Positions 48,390-60,717 of a DNA stretch of 64,000 nt are shown in pieces. The position numbers and the translations under genes are program-made. The stretch comes from Strigamia acuminata (lineage: Eukaryota): the NCBI GenBank assembly GCA_949358305.1, contig OX442314.1, positions 32,984,001 to 33,048,000 of the forward strand. Direction: 5' to 3'. Within the stretch, counting starts at the first letter, position 1. The number at the start of each line of letters is the position of its first letter. The notes beneath the pieces are model-generated. The model saw only the letters and a program-made list of their open reading frames with translations, was not told the DNA's origin and did not search any database.

Positions 48390-51300
48390 AGGTTGCAATT
48401 AAATTCGATTGAATTGCAATAGTGAATATTGGAGATAAATATTTAACTAAAAGATTTAAGTTAAAAATAGACAGATTAAATTTTCAGTTTATATTTCCAT
48501 GTGAAGAAGTTAAACTGATGAAATAGAAATACGTAGTAGATTTTCCTTCATTATTTTCGTTTGAAGATTTTAGGGATTTCAAAGACTACCACCTAATCTC
48601 ACACGTGGAGGTCCCACCGAGATTAGGTTGCAATTAAATTCGATAGAATTGTAAAAGTGAATTTTGAGATAAATATTTAACTAAAAGATTTAGTTAAAAA
48701 ACAGACAAGTTTCAAACCATGTTTATTTTCTTGAGAAACACCAAAACAGTCCTTTAACTAGGAATTTCGGAAGTTATAGACCTATCACACGATCACTGAA
48801 ATAGGTTGCAAATTAATTCGATCGAATTGCAAAAGCGAATCTTGAATCCGATATTAACTAAAAAATTTTAGTTAAAACAGACAAATAGATTTTCAGTTTA
48901 TATTTTCATGTGAAAAGTTAAACTGACGAAATGGAAACGTTTAGTGAACTCTCTTTACTATTTTCGTTCGACAATTTAAGGAATACGAAGTATTTTAAAT
49001 AAGAAATCAAAAAAGTTTCGAGTGAAATAAGAATACAGATATTTTTTTCGAAGTTTGTTTTATTTCGAAAAGCTAAAAACATACAAGTTTAGAAGGCGGA
49101 CTTCTTACGAATTTATCTTTCCACCTGAAAAGTTAAAACGAAGAAAACACCGCAACTATTTGGAAATATTTACAAGAAATTAAGTTTCTTGTAACTGTAC
49201 GTCGACACCGATAGCCAGCGACCACGCGCCATAGCAATACGCGTCGATCTCCGTATCAAACGCAGCAGGGAAGCTACTCAAACCTTCAACGCAAGGTGCG
49301 AACGAATGCTTGGAAATTATGGCGGACAACAGATAAAAGACAGCAGAGAAATGTTACAGAAGGTTCGTAGAGATTTATTTAAGTGTCGCGAACTAATTTT
49401 TCCACTGCCATCGGTACCAAAGATAATTTAGTTGTTGGAGAAAAACAACACACTCCATTTCGCAGAAAAGATTTGCAAATCGAAATGAATATTACCTTTA
49501 TTTGAAGGAATTAACTATTTTCACAAAAAGGAAAATTTTTCCTTCGGGACAATGGAAATTAAGAAAATATAAAATGGCGGCGAATGAAGTTGCCGACCAC
49601 GTAGAATAGTATTTTTTACATTGAAAGTTACGAATCACGATAAACGCTTTCCCTCGGAAAAGTAAAAGGATTTCATTCAATCTTTCCTTTCGGAAATTTA
49701 ACAGTGTTTTAAGTTTCCAACGATATTTGGGTCTCCCAAATTTTGAGAATTTCTAAATGAAATTTAGCTGTTTGAAAAACAACGAATATTTTTAGTAATC
49801 TAATCGGACATTTTCCCACATGATTTCTTAAAACCGGAATAACAAATCCATTTGTGGCTATGAACTTTGCCACATGAAATATTTACGGAGCGAATATTTT
49901 TTGATTGGATTGAAGCTTTAAAATCAGATAGCTGATTTAAACGAAGAAAATAAGTTTCAAAGTAATTATTTTTCTTTCGGAAAAATCAAATAAATCACCG
50001 CTGATGAAAAGTTGTATTTTTCCATTCGAAAAAACTAAGAATTGCACAAGATTTATCTTCTATTTTGAACATAGATTTTATTCGGAAAAGGAAAGATTCT
50101 AGATACATTATTTTTCTCTAAAAATTAAGAATTTAGTCAATTTTCCTAAAGGTTAATGGAATGTCATCATATATTTCGTTCGTAATTTACGTGTTAAAGT
50201 TTAATCAGAAAAACGATTGAATATGTTTTATTTGCGATAAGTAAAAGAAAGGTTCTTTAAAAATGGAATTTCGATGCAAATCCCACAGTAAAGGGAATGT
50301 TATGTGTGAGCAATTAACGAAAAGTTGGAATAACTTCATTTTATTTCATTCAAAAGTAGTTGTGAAAAATCAATTTCAAATATTTTTCAAAGAAAAATTA
50401 TTTTTATCGGAAAAAAGTAATTTACATGTCCTCGCGCGGACCGAGTAGTAAACTGCTTAATTGTGACATCGATACTGTTATTGTGTCACGTGTTATACGG
50501 AATTCCAAACCAGTGAATTACGAATTTTGGCGCGATAGGAATAGAAGTTTGACAGTGAAAGTTCTCCAGATTTGCCTTTTCATTTGAAAAGTTCAAATTG
50601 AGGAAATGCTGCAGCAGATGAAGGTATTTACGACAATTGAGATTTAAATATTCTTTCATTCAAAAGATAAAAGATCTCTGCAAAAACATCTCGTTATTAG
50701 AGATAAGGGGGACGAAAATTATTAAAACGAATAATCAAAGACACGTCCTTCGTAAATATCGCAAAGGAATAACTAATTGTGAAAACAATTGTCCGCTCAG
50801 GAAAAGTGGAATTTAGCTAGATATTTTCTTTCGAAAAATCAAAGCAATTGTCATCAAAAAAGAAAGATTTGATGAATAATTTTTACCCAAAAGTCTAAAG
50901 GATTGTCGAATAGTTTTCTCCCGAAAAACAAGTACACATTTGTACCAATAACTTTATCGTTTAAAGTAAAATTTCGAATATTTTCTTTTGGAAGATTAGA
51001 GAATTAGATAATTTTTCTCGCAAAACAAATTTAAAGAATTTTAACGAATTTTTATTTGTTAAAAAAATTTGTTAAAAAAGGGGGAGATGGATGGTGAAAA
51101 TTTATTTTTTCACACTCGAAAAATGGAATTTAAACCCGAAAAAGTAAAGACTTGGTCAAATTATTCTTCCTATTGGAAATGAATACACAATGTTGGGAAT
51201 CGAAAATAGATTTCAATTACAAAGGAATGATTATTTGAACGATAATTGAATAAGAATAAGAAAAATTGAGAGTTTGAGAAAACTTTATTAAAGTTGTGGT

Positions 51301-51891
51301 TGTAACGATATCACACACTAACGGAATAATTAAAAGAAAAATATTTTTTGAAGAAAAGTTATTTAATTATTTGGATTGGTAAAAATCCCAAAGTTCAAGA
51401 AGATTGAAGTAAGTTTATTTTATTTTCATTTGAAAAATACAATATTTTACGAATGTCTTCCCGAAGGAATTTTATTTTATCGGTAAAATTGAATCTCGAA
51501 GGGAACGGACTTAGTAGAGAACTACTAAATAGATGTAACGTCCTTTATACCATTGGCCGACACTAACATCCGCCAATCAGAAGTTGGGAGATCTAGGGAT
51601 CCCCAGCCCCCTGCTATTAAAGGAGGACCAGATCAGATACTGATCATTCGCATCCAGACCAGACCAGAAGACGTGTTCCAGAGTCATCTTGACCACGCCG
51701 TCCCGATTTCAGTCACGATTCGAATTTTGTGTGCCGTGTAACCTGCAAAAGCTAACACGTGTCAAACAAACGCGAAGTTTAATTTTATTTTGTCAAAAGT
51801 AAAGTTTAGAAGTGTTTCTTGTTGAAAAGTGTATTATATTCGTCTTCTTTATAAATTAAAGAATTAAAATCGTCAGATTTTGAATTTTTTT

Positions 51892-53373
51892 ATGGCTCAA
51901 AAACCATTGAATATGATCGATCCAAAAGGAAATAATAAGCAGACAAACTTAAATTTAAGTTCTGTACCACTTGGCGATCAAACAGAAAAGATTCCCGATC
52001 ATTTTACTCTGTATTGTAATCGTCATGGACTGGATAAAACCAAGTTTAAAAATATAATCGAAGCTTCAGACTATGTAAAAGCTAGGAACTGGCGAGATCG
52101 TACCCAATCTCAATCTTCACATCAAGATCCAGTACGGAATCCACAAACATACAGCCGAAACTTAGTGAATCAAGATTCTCATACTATGTTTCAAACATCC
52201 AGTAGGGGATCTAAGTTAGAAAAGTTTAAACCACCTAATTCGGTAGATAAGGGGGAAGAGAATTATAAACCTAATAATTCTCATCCAGAGAGTTCGTTAA
52301 CTAACCAGTCGGTTGTTCAGAACAAATTAAAACTCGTTTACAATCGAGATCAGCTAATTTCAGTTCGATATGCTAATCCAGCTGAAGCACAACGATATGT
52401 GGCTAGCCTTAATCTGTCGATTAACCTACCGCTATCAAAAGAATTGGGAACCGTAAACAAAAGTTTTGGGCCACCAATATCAACGCAAAGGAAAGATATT
52501 CGGACTCCAAACAAACATTTGCAGTCAAATAACGTACAACAACGTGCCCGATCGCCGATCACAAACTCATGTTTGCGGACGTATGATTTGTCTACCAAGA
52601 AGAGTCCCCAGCCAAGACAATTCTACCTAACGCCCATTTCAAATCGAAAAAAAGTCAAGCAAACTTTTCCCTTGAAAAAGTATTACCAACACGATAATGA
52701 GAATGATTTTAAACCTAAAAAAGAAAGTTTTTTGACTAACCCACGGGAGATCCGGTATCAATTCGAACAGTATTGTAAACAATACCAGTTAAATTCAGCT
52801 GAATTTAAAAATATAAACGAAGCGCAACAATTCGTATTTCGAAATCAATACCGTAACCAACGACTAAAACCCGTCCCAGTCGTCAATCTGACGGAGATAC
52901 AACAATTTGCGTCTGGAAAGCAACCCTGCAATATCCAGAATAATTCATCTCAACGAGAGGAATTAAGAACTTCAAAAAAGCGTTTTCGGTCACCAAGTCC
53001 AGCTGGTGATGAAGAAACTTCAAATACAAACCAACATGTTCAAAAACTGACTGAAAACCCAGGTTTCCAATCATCAGTTCCACGACTTAGAGTCAAATAT
53101 AGATCCCCTCGTTTGTTGCGGGATTTCACAATTCCAAATATGGGTCCTTTCCACGTATGGTTTTCCAATGAGGGTCCCATTCATGTATGGTTTTCCAGAG
53201 ATGACCTAAAACAAAAAGTTGGGTCGTCACGGTCATTTACACTGCCAAGTCAGTACACTGTATGTAACTGCCCAAAGGAAAAACGTCGAAAGAAATCAGT
53301 ACAGCAGGCTGAGAGATCTCGGAAATTCGCAAATATGCGAGCTCAATATTTAGCAAAGAATCATGTTGATTAA
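51892..53373 (+). CDS. Orphan ORF of the LARD-like element, copy 2
   Basis: 4 aa differences seen from copy 1; CCAAT boxes and TATTAAA ~51550-51620 upstream. Confidence 0.7.
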   Translation: MAQKPLNMIDPKGNNKQTNLNLSSVPLGDQTEKIPDHFTLYCNRHGLDKTKFKNIIEASDYVKARNWRDRTQSQSSHQDPVRNPQTYSRNLVNQDSHTMFQTSSRGSKLEKFKPPNSVDKGEENYKPNNSHPESSLTNQSVVQNKLKLVYNRDQLISVRYANPAEAQRYVASLNLSINLPLSKELGTVNKSFGPPISTQRKDIRTPNKHLQSNNVQQRARSPITNSCLRTYDLSTKKSPQPRQFYLTPISNRKKVKQTFPLKKYYQHDNENDFKPKKESFLTNPREIRYQFEQYCKQYQLNSAEFKNINEAQQFVFRNQYRNQRLKPVPVVNLTEIQQFASGKQPCNIQNNSSQREELRTSKKRFRSPSPAGDEETSNTNQHVQKLTENPGFQSSVPRLRVKYRSPRLLRDFTIPNMGPFHVWFSNEGPIHVWFSRDDLKQKVGSSRSFTLPSQYTVCNCPKEKRRKKSVQQAERSRKFANMRAQYLAKNHVD

Positions 53374-53968
53374 CATGATATGATACACAAAGATTCCCCG
53401 ATTATAGTGTAAACAGAAAATCCTCTTCTAAAAATCATGACCTCTCTTCTAAAGAAAAGGGGGACAAAATATAAAGTTAAAATTAACAATTCTCGAAAAG
53501 TAATATTACAGTATTAAAAGACAACTAGTTTAAATTAAAATTAGTCAATTGTACAAAGAATACCAAGTGACTCCGGTCATGACAATTAAGGGGGACATTT
53601 TGATTCTTAAATTGTCAACTCTTATCATCTAAAAGCTATTTATTGTATATTTATAGCGATACATCTGACTAGGCATATGAAATAAATATTTTGTGATAAC
53701 ACAAATGATGATTTTATGTATGACGAAAGTTTCTTCAAAAAGAAGACTTGGAAATAAATTCTGGACTTGAATTTAGGCTATTAGAAAAGATTATTTCGGC
53801 AGAAAATCAGAACTTAGATAATTCAAGTTAGTTTATGTAAACTCAAATTCGAAATTGGAAGTCACGGCATCTCCAAGATACATCAAGTCCGAAAATAGCA
53901 TTTATGCTAATTAGGAGAATAACGAAAACTCTATAAAATATTATATAGTTGTGTTATTAAGGGGGATG

Positions 53969-55881
53969 TATGACGGTTTACAATGGCTATAAATGCCTAT
54001 TTTCTATCAAGAAAGCGCTGTTGCGCCAATATGATGGTATTTTTACAATATTCTGTGTAAAACTGATAAATGTCTAGAATAAAGTCATTTATGATGTTTC
54101 AAATACAAAGATGTTCGTTTATTAAGAATAAACACTAATTTCCACATGATACTAAAGTATCACGGCATAATTACGAAGATTCGTCTGCTAAAACCCGCAT
54201 TTGTCAATGCTCCATATTGCCACTAGATGGCGCGATCGCAATTAGCGATAAATTCGAATACGAACTTGAAAACCTCATGATTAAATATAAACGTATATTT
54301 AATCAAGTGAATAAATTGTGTTAAATATTAATATAAATATATATTAAGTATCTGACATTGTTAAATACAATGTAACTTCCATTTCTGCGGGACAGAATGT
54401 TTAGCGATCAATCGGTCAACCGATCAATCTGATTGGTGGAACCCATTTCCGGTCCTGGGTATCCAGTTCCGGTTGTAACAAGGATTAGCATAATTTGCAT
54501 AAATGCTCCTCCGTATCCACTTCCGGTGATACGGGATTGGAGGGATTCGTGGAACCCATGTTCCAATTGGATGACTGGATTAATCCTTAAATCCAGTCAG
54601 GTTATATAAACCCAAACAATCGGCCATTCCGCAGCTCTGTTTGATTATTTCTGTTTGGTATTGTTACTTAAGAAGTATGATTCGTTGTTCACGTAAAAAA
54701 CCTTTTGGTTCTTTGTTGATTTATTCGCAAAGAACCGTTGCATGATTCTACAGAATCATGCCACCGCCGGCAATTGAAGTCGAAGTGCTGGGATTATTAT
54801 GTTGCATAAATGTTACAGTCTACGGTTGCGACGCCGAAGGAGAACCCGCCGTTGTGCAATTCAGTATCCTCCGGACAGGACCAAGTTGTCTTTTTCGGTA
54901 TGAACGTATTCCGTTACCACGAGTAGCATCGGTATTGTTGAGAATCGGTTCCTTCACCTGATGGTGCCAAAGCAGTCTGTTTTACAGTAACCACGAGTAG
55001 CACCAAGTGTTTGGCAAGCTGATTCTCATGGTATTCGATGCCAAAGCAGTCGGTCTATTATTAGTACCGCGAGAGATAAAACTGCTGTGCGGAGCCGCGA
55101 GCTATCGACCCCTGTGTACGTGGTACCGTCAACCACTCGATGGACGACCGTGCTGCGACGCCGGGGACGCTTGATACCGTTCTGCATGGCAAGGCGTATA
55201 TTCTAATCGATGGCAATTGTGTGTTGCGACGGGAAGCTTAATCTTCATTTTATTTATAACAGCAAAACTTAAACTCGACAACCAGTTGGACCAAAATCAA
55301 GTCAGAAGACTTAATCTCATATTGAACTCAATATAACCGATAAGTTGACGACAACTTATTCCCGAAATATCTAAATAAGAATTCACAACGATATGAATTA
55401 AATATAATTCATAAGTGGAATATTGATAAGTAAATGAATACATTTACTTACACCAATATCCTCCCAAAGTTGTGGCGGTGCAGACAAAGTCAACCGCAAT
55501 GCTCAGATCATTCGATTTATCGACGTGCGATAGTTTACACAGCGAACCAAGGAAACCAGCGAAGCCGTATCGGACTCCAGGACACAGCCATCCGGCTTAA
55601 GATGACATCTATAATCAGGTCGAGCGATGGGGAAACCGCTCCCATATTCCAGACCCGTAGTGATATTATTCTAGGGCCAGTTGGCCAATTCTTTGTATAG
55701 TTTAATAGCTGATTTAACTTGCCAAATGTCGGCATTAGTCCTATGTATAATTTAGCCTTGATATTATTGTTTACCAACAATAAACTGTCTTGTATTTATC
55801 TCGTATTGTATTCACTGTTTATTTATTGCGATCTCTTCCCGGTACCATTGTTAAATGGGAGTTGTGGTCGTCACCGTCACA
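53969..55881 (+). repeat. 3' LTR, copy 2
   Basis: Direct repeat of 46456-48368. Confidence 0.95.
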
Positions 55882-56276
55882 CTTGCTCCGTAATAATCAC
55901 TTTCACTGTGTGTGAGAAGTATTCTCGTGTCGAGCGTGCTCCACGAGGGTTTTAGTATATCTAGCAACGTATTTTAGCGTCGAGTTTACTCCGTTAAAAT
56001 CCCGCGCTCACACGACGCCATCGACGCCATCTTGGAGCCAACGGTCAACTGTGAGTGTACATTTGAAGAAGAAGCCAGATCGACCCCAAACATTTTAAAT
56101 AATACCTCCTGTGTATTTTGAACAATTAAAACTATCTAATTTTTCCTTTACTCTGTGTAAAATCATTCCCCTAGACACACATTTGGCCACAGAGTAGAAG
56201 TCCTGTACGGCATCTCACCGACGATTGCTTGATAAGTTTACTCAATTTATTAAGTAAAAACCCGGATCGCCGCACT

Positions 56277-56294
56277 TGGGGGCCCGTCCGGGAT
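56277..56294 (+). promoter_or_regulatory. PBS, tRNA-Pro
   Basis: TGGGGGCCCGTCCGGGAT, one mismatch to the classic tRNA-Pro PBS. Confidence 0.85.
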
Positions 56295-56364
56295 AGTTTT
56301 GATTGTTAAAATCCGATTTTTGCAAAAAGATCCTTTATTTCCATTGTTCTCTCAATTTGACAAA

Positions 56365-59262
56365 ATGGCGACGCCAATGCAAATTGTGAAACGACAGCGA
56401 GGTCGACCAAGCACTCAGAAACGAGCAGCGACGGTTTTGCCGGCTCTCGAGCCTGAAATGCTTGTGGAGAAAATTATTTCCGAGGAAATAACACCAGTTC
56501 CAGATCCGAAACAACTTAAGGATGCGGAAAATGAAGTTGCTAGAGCATTAAGCGCTTCAAGTGCGAGTTCTAACGAACAAGAACTCCCGCCACTTCCACT
56601 GGAGGAAGTGGAAAATACGTTACGAGAAATGGAAAGTGAATCGTCTCACGAATCCCCTCCTCGCATGACCATGCTGGATGCTTTGAGAAATCAAGCACGC
56701 CAGGATGGCGCCCAAATAACGGACGACATGACGGTGGAAGAGATTCATCGCGCCATGATACGACTTCACACTGACCGAGCCGTTTCAGATTTAAAATTTG
56801 AAATGGAACGGAAAGAAGCAGAGCTTCAACAACAAAAAGCGGAGGTTGAGCTTCAACATATGGAACTCAATCGACAGAATGAGGAATTTCTAGCCCAAAA
56901 AGCTAGAGAATACAGATTAAAAGGTGAAGTGGAAGATCTTTCTAAAATGAATGTTAGAAATGAACTTTCAATTCGCTCACACCAAGAGGCGCGAAAACAA
57001 CTCGAACTTACTAAAAGCAAGTTGGAGTTAAAAAATAAAGAATTGATTGATTTGGCAGACCACTACCAACGTAATCACAATCAATTAGTGAGATATGCTG
57101 CTGAATTGGACACACGAGCCAAAACACAGCGTACTCGCGAAAGTCGAATAGCAAGGCACGAAGACGAGATTTTCCACTCGCTGGATCAACCCAGTACGAG
57201 CGGACAAGTCAAGTTTAGCAACCCTGCTGATCAATTACCACCCGTAGAAGCGGACAATCAACTAAGAGAGAATGAAATTCTCAGAGCTGATTTGTTGCGC
57301 GCTCAAGAAGAGCTTGCAGAAATGAAAGATCGTTTGCAAGCAAGGAACTACACGGAACAAATGGTACGACCTGAATTGGTAGCACCGACTGTTCCTATTT
57401 TGACTCCCGAAACAATAACAATATCTGTTGTTTCCGAGTTAAGTAGCCAATCTGGATTATCAAGTGATGACGACCAACGTTCGCGTCGTTGCCATCGCTC
57501 GAAAAGAAAACGTCCTTCAGATTCCGAGGAAAGGAGAGCTGATCGCAATCCGCTTCCTGGAAATCGAAATCCTATTTTTCATAACAGTGATCGACTGTTA
57601 GGAATGGTAGATGACCGAAATAGGCAGCATGAAACTGGTGTTCATGCTGCCCGAACGATGCCAATTGCTGCCCAACAGCAAGAATCGTCGAAAAGAAGTC
57701 GACGAGACATAATTCCGTTACGCGAACCACCTGACGGACATGGAAGCCCACCAGGTGGGGGACAGTATAGGAGAAACCCGCCAGATGGAGGAAATCCAGA
57801 TGGACATGGAGATGGACCACCTGGAGGTGGACGCCGACCGCCAGACGATGACGGCGACCCACCCGACCCACCTGAAACACCACATTTTAACACGCCTTCA
57901 AATTCACAATCTGATTCAAAGTCGGATTCTGATGTGAATGCGCAACAAGAACGCGATAATCGACATCGATCGCATCGACGTCGACATCGAGGCCATTCTT
58001 CACGGCATAATACTCATTATTACACTGCTGAGGAAATTGATCGATTATTAGCTGATCGTCGATCTTCCGATCGATCTGACGCTACTGCCGATAATGCTGA
58101 CATTGCATTACGACAGAAAATTGCACAATACACTGCCAACAACTGGACTCACGATCTAGTTGATGAAAGAACTATTAGATGGGATCACATCAAACTCGCT
58201 TTATTCGATGGAGAATGGGAAGCTGGATCCACTCTTTTAGATGAAGTTTTACGAATTTCAAGGTTGAATGGCATTGCTTGTCACACTGCTTTGAAAAGAG
58301 TAGTACCAAAAGCTCTTATAGACCGAGCTGAAAAATGGTTTTATTCAAAACAATTTCAAAATTGGAATCACTTTGTAGAGGAATTCATGACTGAATATGG
58401 AGAGTCAAGTGAAGACTTACTACAAATGTGGGATAATCTTTCTCAAAATAAAGGCGAAAGTCTTCGCTCTTATTTAAGAAGGACTGAGGATTTATTGGTC
58501 ACTCTCCCTTATACGATGGGAGACGCAGCCATTGATCGTCAATTCCGTCGTGGATTGACAGATTATTCAAAAAATGTTCTACTTTCAGTACGAGCACCTT
58601 ATCCGGGTGGTTTCGCTGAATTAGCCAAATTTATGCGAGCTAACCAGATAAGAATTGATGAAAATTATAAAGCTTATCTACCAGCTGATGAAAAAGTTGC
58701 GTACGCTAAGCGGCAGCAAAGGAGAAAGGAATTGGCAAAAGACACACGTTTTGCTAACACCCCTCTTTTGCAACCCCCAAAGCGAGGAGATTTTTTGGCA
58801 GAGACTGCTAAGGAATCTAAAAAGGGATCGGATGGGAAAAATCCACATCCAACCCCTAAAGCTCACTTAGCCGAAGTGACAGAAATGGAAACTGCTTCTG
58901 AACCAGAGAAATCTGACTCGGAACCAGAAAGTGAGGCTGCAGCTGCTTTATTAGCCCGTAATAACGCAGTAGCTCGAAAATTTGGACCAAAGATGGCGCC
59001 TAAAAACGTTACTTTTGGTTCACCAAAAACAGACGCGCTCAGTAGATCGAAGTCGCTGACCCCTAAAAAGGATGAAGCCAAACGTTCAAGTTCGCCTTCA
59101 CCAAAGGTCGCTAAATCGCCAGCTACTGATCCGTGTAACATCTGCAAAAAATTGGGACATTGGGCTAAAGAGTGTCCTGATAGGAAATCGAGCAAAGACA
59201 AGATTATTGAGGAGTTCGAAAAATCGATGAAATCAATCGGCGAACTTCTAAAAAACTTGTAA
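56365..59262 (+). CDS. gag: Gypsy gag with long coiled-coil and Pro/Gly-rich N-terminus
   Basis: Retrotransposon capsid-like core (LFDGE..AEKWF..QNKGESLRSY..FRRGL), CNICKKLGHWAKEC knuckle. Confidence 0.9.
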   Translation: MATPMQIVKRQRGRPSTQKRAATVLPALEPEMLVEKIISEEITPVPDPKQLKDAENEVARALSASSASSNEQELPPLPLEEVENTLREMESESSHESPPRMTMLDALRNQARQDGAQITDDMTVEEIHRAMIRLHTDRAVSDLKFEMERKEAELQQQKAEVELQHMELNRQNEEFLAQKAREYRLKGEVEDLSKMNVRNELSIRSHQEARKQLELTKSKLELKNKELIDLADHYQRNHNQLVRYAAELDTRAKTQRTRESRIARHEDEIFHSLDQPSTSGQVKFSNPADQLPPVEADNQLRENEILRADLLRAQEELAEMKDRLQARNYTEQMVRPELVAPTVPILTPETITISVVSELSSQSGLSSDDDQRSRRCHRSKRKRPSDSEERRADRNPLPGNRNPIFHNSDRLLGMVDDRNRQHETGVHAARTMPIAAQQQESSKRSRRDIIPLREPPDGHGSPPGGGQYRRNPPDGGNPDGHGDGPPGGGRRPPDDDGDPPDPPETPHFNTPSNSQSDSKSDSDVNAQQERDNRHRSHRRRHRGHSSRHNTHYYTAEEIDRLLADRRSSDRSDATADNADIALRQKIAQYTANNWTHDLVDERTIRWDHIKLALFDGEWEAGSTLLDEVLRISRLNGIACHTALKRVVPKALIDRAEKWFYSKQFQNWNHFVEEFMTEYGESSEDLLQMWDNLSQNKGESLRSYLRRTEDLLVTLPYTMGDAAIDRQFRRGLTDYSKNVLLSVRAPYPGGFAELAKFMRANQIRIDENYKAYLPADEKVAYAKRQQRRKELAKDTRFANTPLLQPPKRGDFLAETAKESKKGSDGKNPHPTPKAHLAEVTEMETASEPEKSDSEPESEAAAALLARNNAVARKFGPKMAPKNVTFGSPKTDALSRSKSLTPKKDEAKRSSSPSPKVAKSPATDPCNICKKLGHWAKECPDRKSSKDKIIEEFEKSMKSIGELLKNL

Positions 59263-59290
59263 GCGCGCATCCAGACGGTCTAGTGGATGT
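59250..59290 (+). promoter_or_regulatory. -1 programmed ribosomal frameshift signal
   Basis: A AAA AAC in the gag frame just before the stop, then a CATCCA/TGGATG stem; -1 frame opens into pol. Confidence 0.8.
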
Positions 59291-60717
59291 GACGCCTACC
59301 GCCTCGGAAGACAAACTAACACCATCTCAAATTTTAGATGATTTTTTAAATACTCAGATTAAATTAGAAATTGAAAATAATTTAGTATTTCCAAAAATTG
59401 ATGTTTCCAGTTTAAGGCTTGTGCTACAAAATGAAAACATCACTGAAGAATTTTTTAAAGAAAAAGTTCAACAAATAAAAGTTGATTGGGAATCTAAAAT
59501 AAAAGATGCTGTTACTTTACTAGATGAAAAAGCTAGGCCAACACCTGAAATTGTCGAAAGGTCAGATAAAATTGATTTACCTGGTCTTGACGAATGCATT
59601 GAAAAATTAATGGCTACAACGCTAGTCACTAATGATTTATTGGACGAATTACCATTGGATCCGCCGATAGAAATTAAGCCACCGCGACGTTTTAAATGCA
59701 AGTACGCGGACATACCAAACAGCAATGATTTGCCGACGATTCGATTGCAGACGGCAAACGGTATGATAACAGGGATGTTAGACTCTGGAGCTAATCGAAG
59801 CTTCATGGCCTACTCCGTAGTAATTTCACTGAAGATGGAAGACGAAATTCGACCAATAGGACCGGATGTGAGAGTTACGACTGCTTCCGAAGACGTAGTC
59901 CCAGAAGGAACTCTCCTACTTTCTTTTGCGTGGACTCACGGGATGTTAAGTCATCCGTTCATAATTTTAAGAAATAAACATCCTATTGTCTTATTAGGAT
60001 GTGATTTCATGAATCGACTCAATATTCAACCAAATCCTAAGACCATGTCTTGGAATTTTGTCAAGTCTTTGAAAGAAGATTTACCTTTTGTTCCTCAAGC
60101 GATTCTTGATCGTTATCAAGAGTTCCTTGATCCACCTGAAAAAATAATGAAACGCGACTTTATTAAAGCAAATCACATGAAAGCTGGTTCCGCCACTGCA
60201 TGTCAAGCTAAAGTTGCCAATGAAGAAAATATAGTACAAAGACTTGTTAGCGACGCTAATTTGTCAATGGAAAATAATTTAATGCTTGAAAAAGTATTAA
60301 AGAAACATGAAAAGATTTTATCACGCCGACCAGGTAGAACACACCTCCTTAGGCATGAAATTAAACTGGACACTGAAATTCCAATTAGAGTTCCGTTTAA
60401 AAGCGTAAATCCACAAAAACGTGAAATTATCCGTCAAATCTGTCAAGATATGTTGGATAATGGATACGTTGAACAAGCCACTGGAGACTATGGAATGCGA
60501 ATAGTCCTAGTGATGCGTCCGGATTGTGATCCGAGACTCTGCATTGATTTTAGACCACTCAATGCACACACATTATACGACCCACCTCAAATGCCGAGCA
60601 TTGAGGAAATCTTGCGAGAACTCGGAAGATTTGAATGGGTCACAACAATAGATTTGTCAAAAGGGTATTGGCAAATAGAGGATCATCCGAACGACCGTGC
60701 TAAAACTGCGTTTTGGA

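Larger units (their letters stand above)
46456..55881 (+). mobile_element. Non-autonomous 9426-bp LTR element (LARD-like), copy 2
   Basis: 1913-bp LTRs TATGACGG..CCGTCACA; TSD CTTG; PBS 48371; PPT AAGGGGGATG at 53959; 5600-bp internal region as in copy 1. Confidence 0.93.

Noticed and set aside
32162..55881. Assembly artefact or inversion-duplication explaining the two 9.4-kb copies
   Set aside because: Different TSDs, different host elements and distinct U3 sequences
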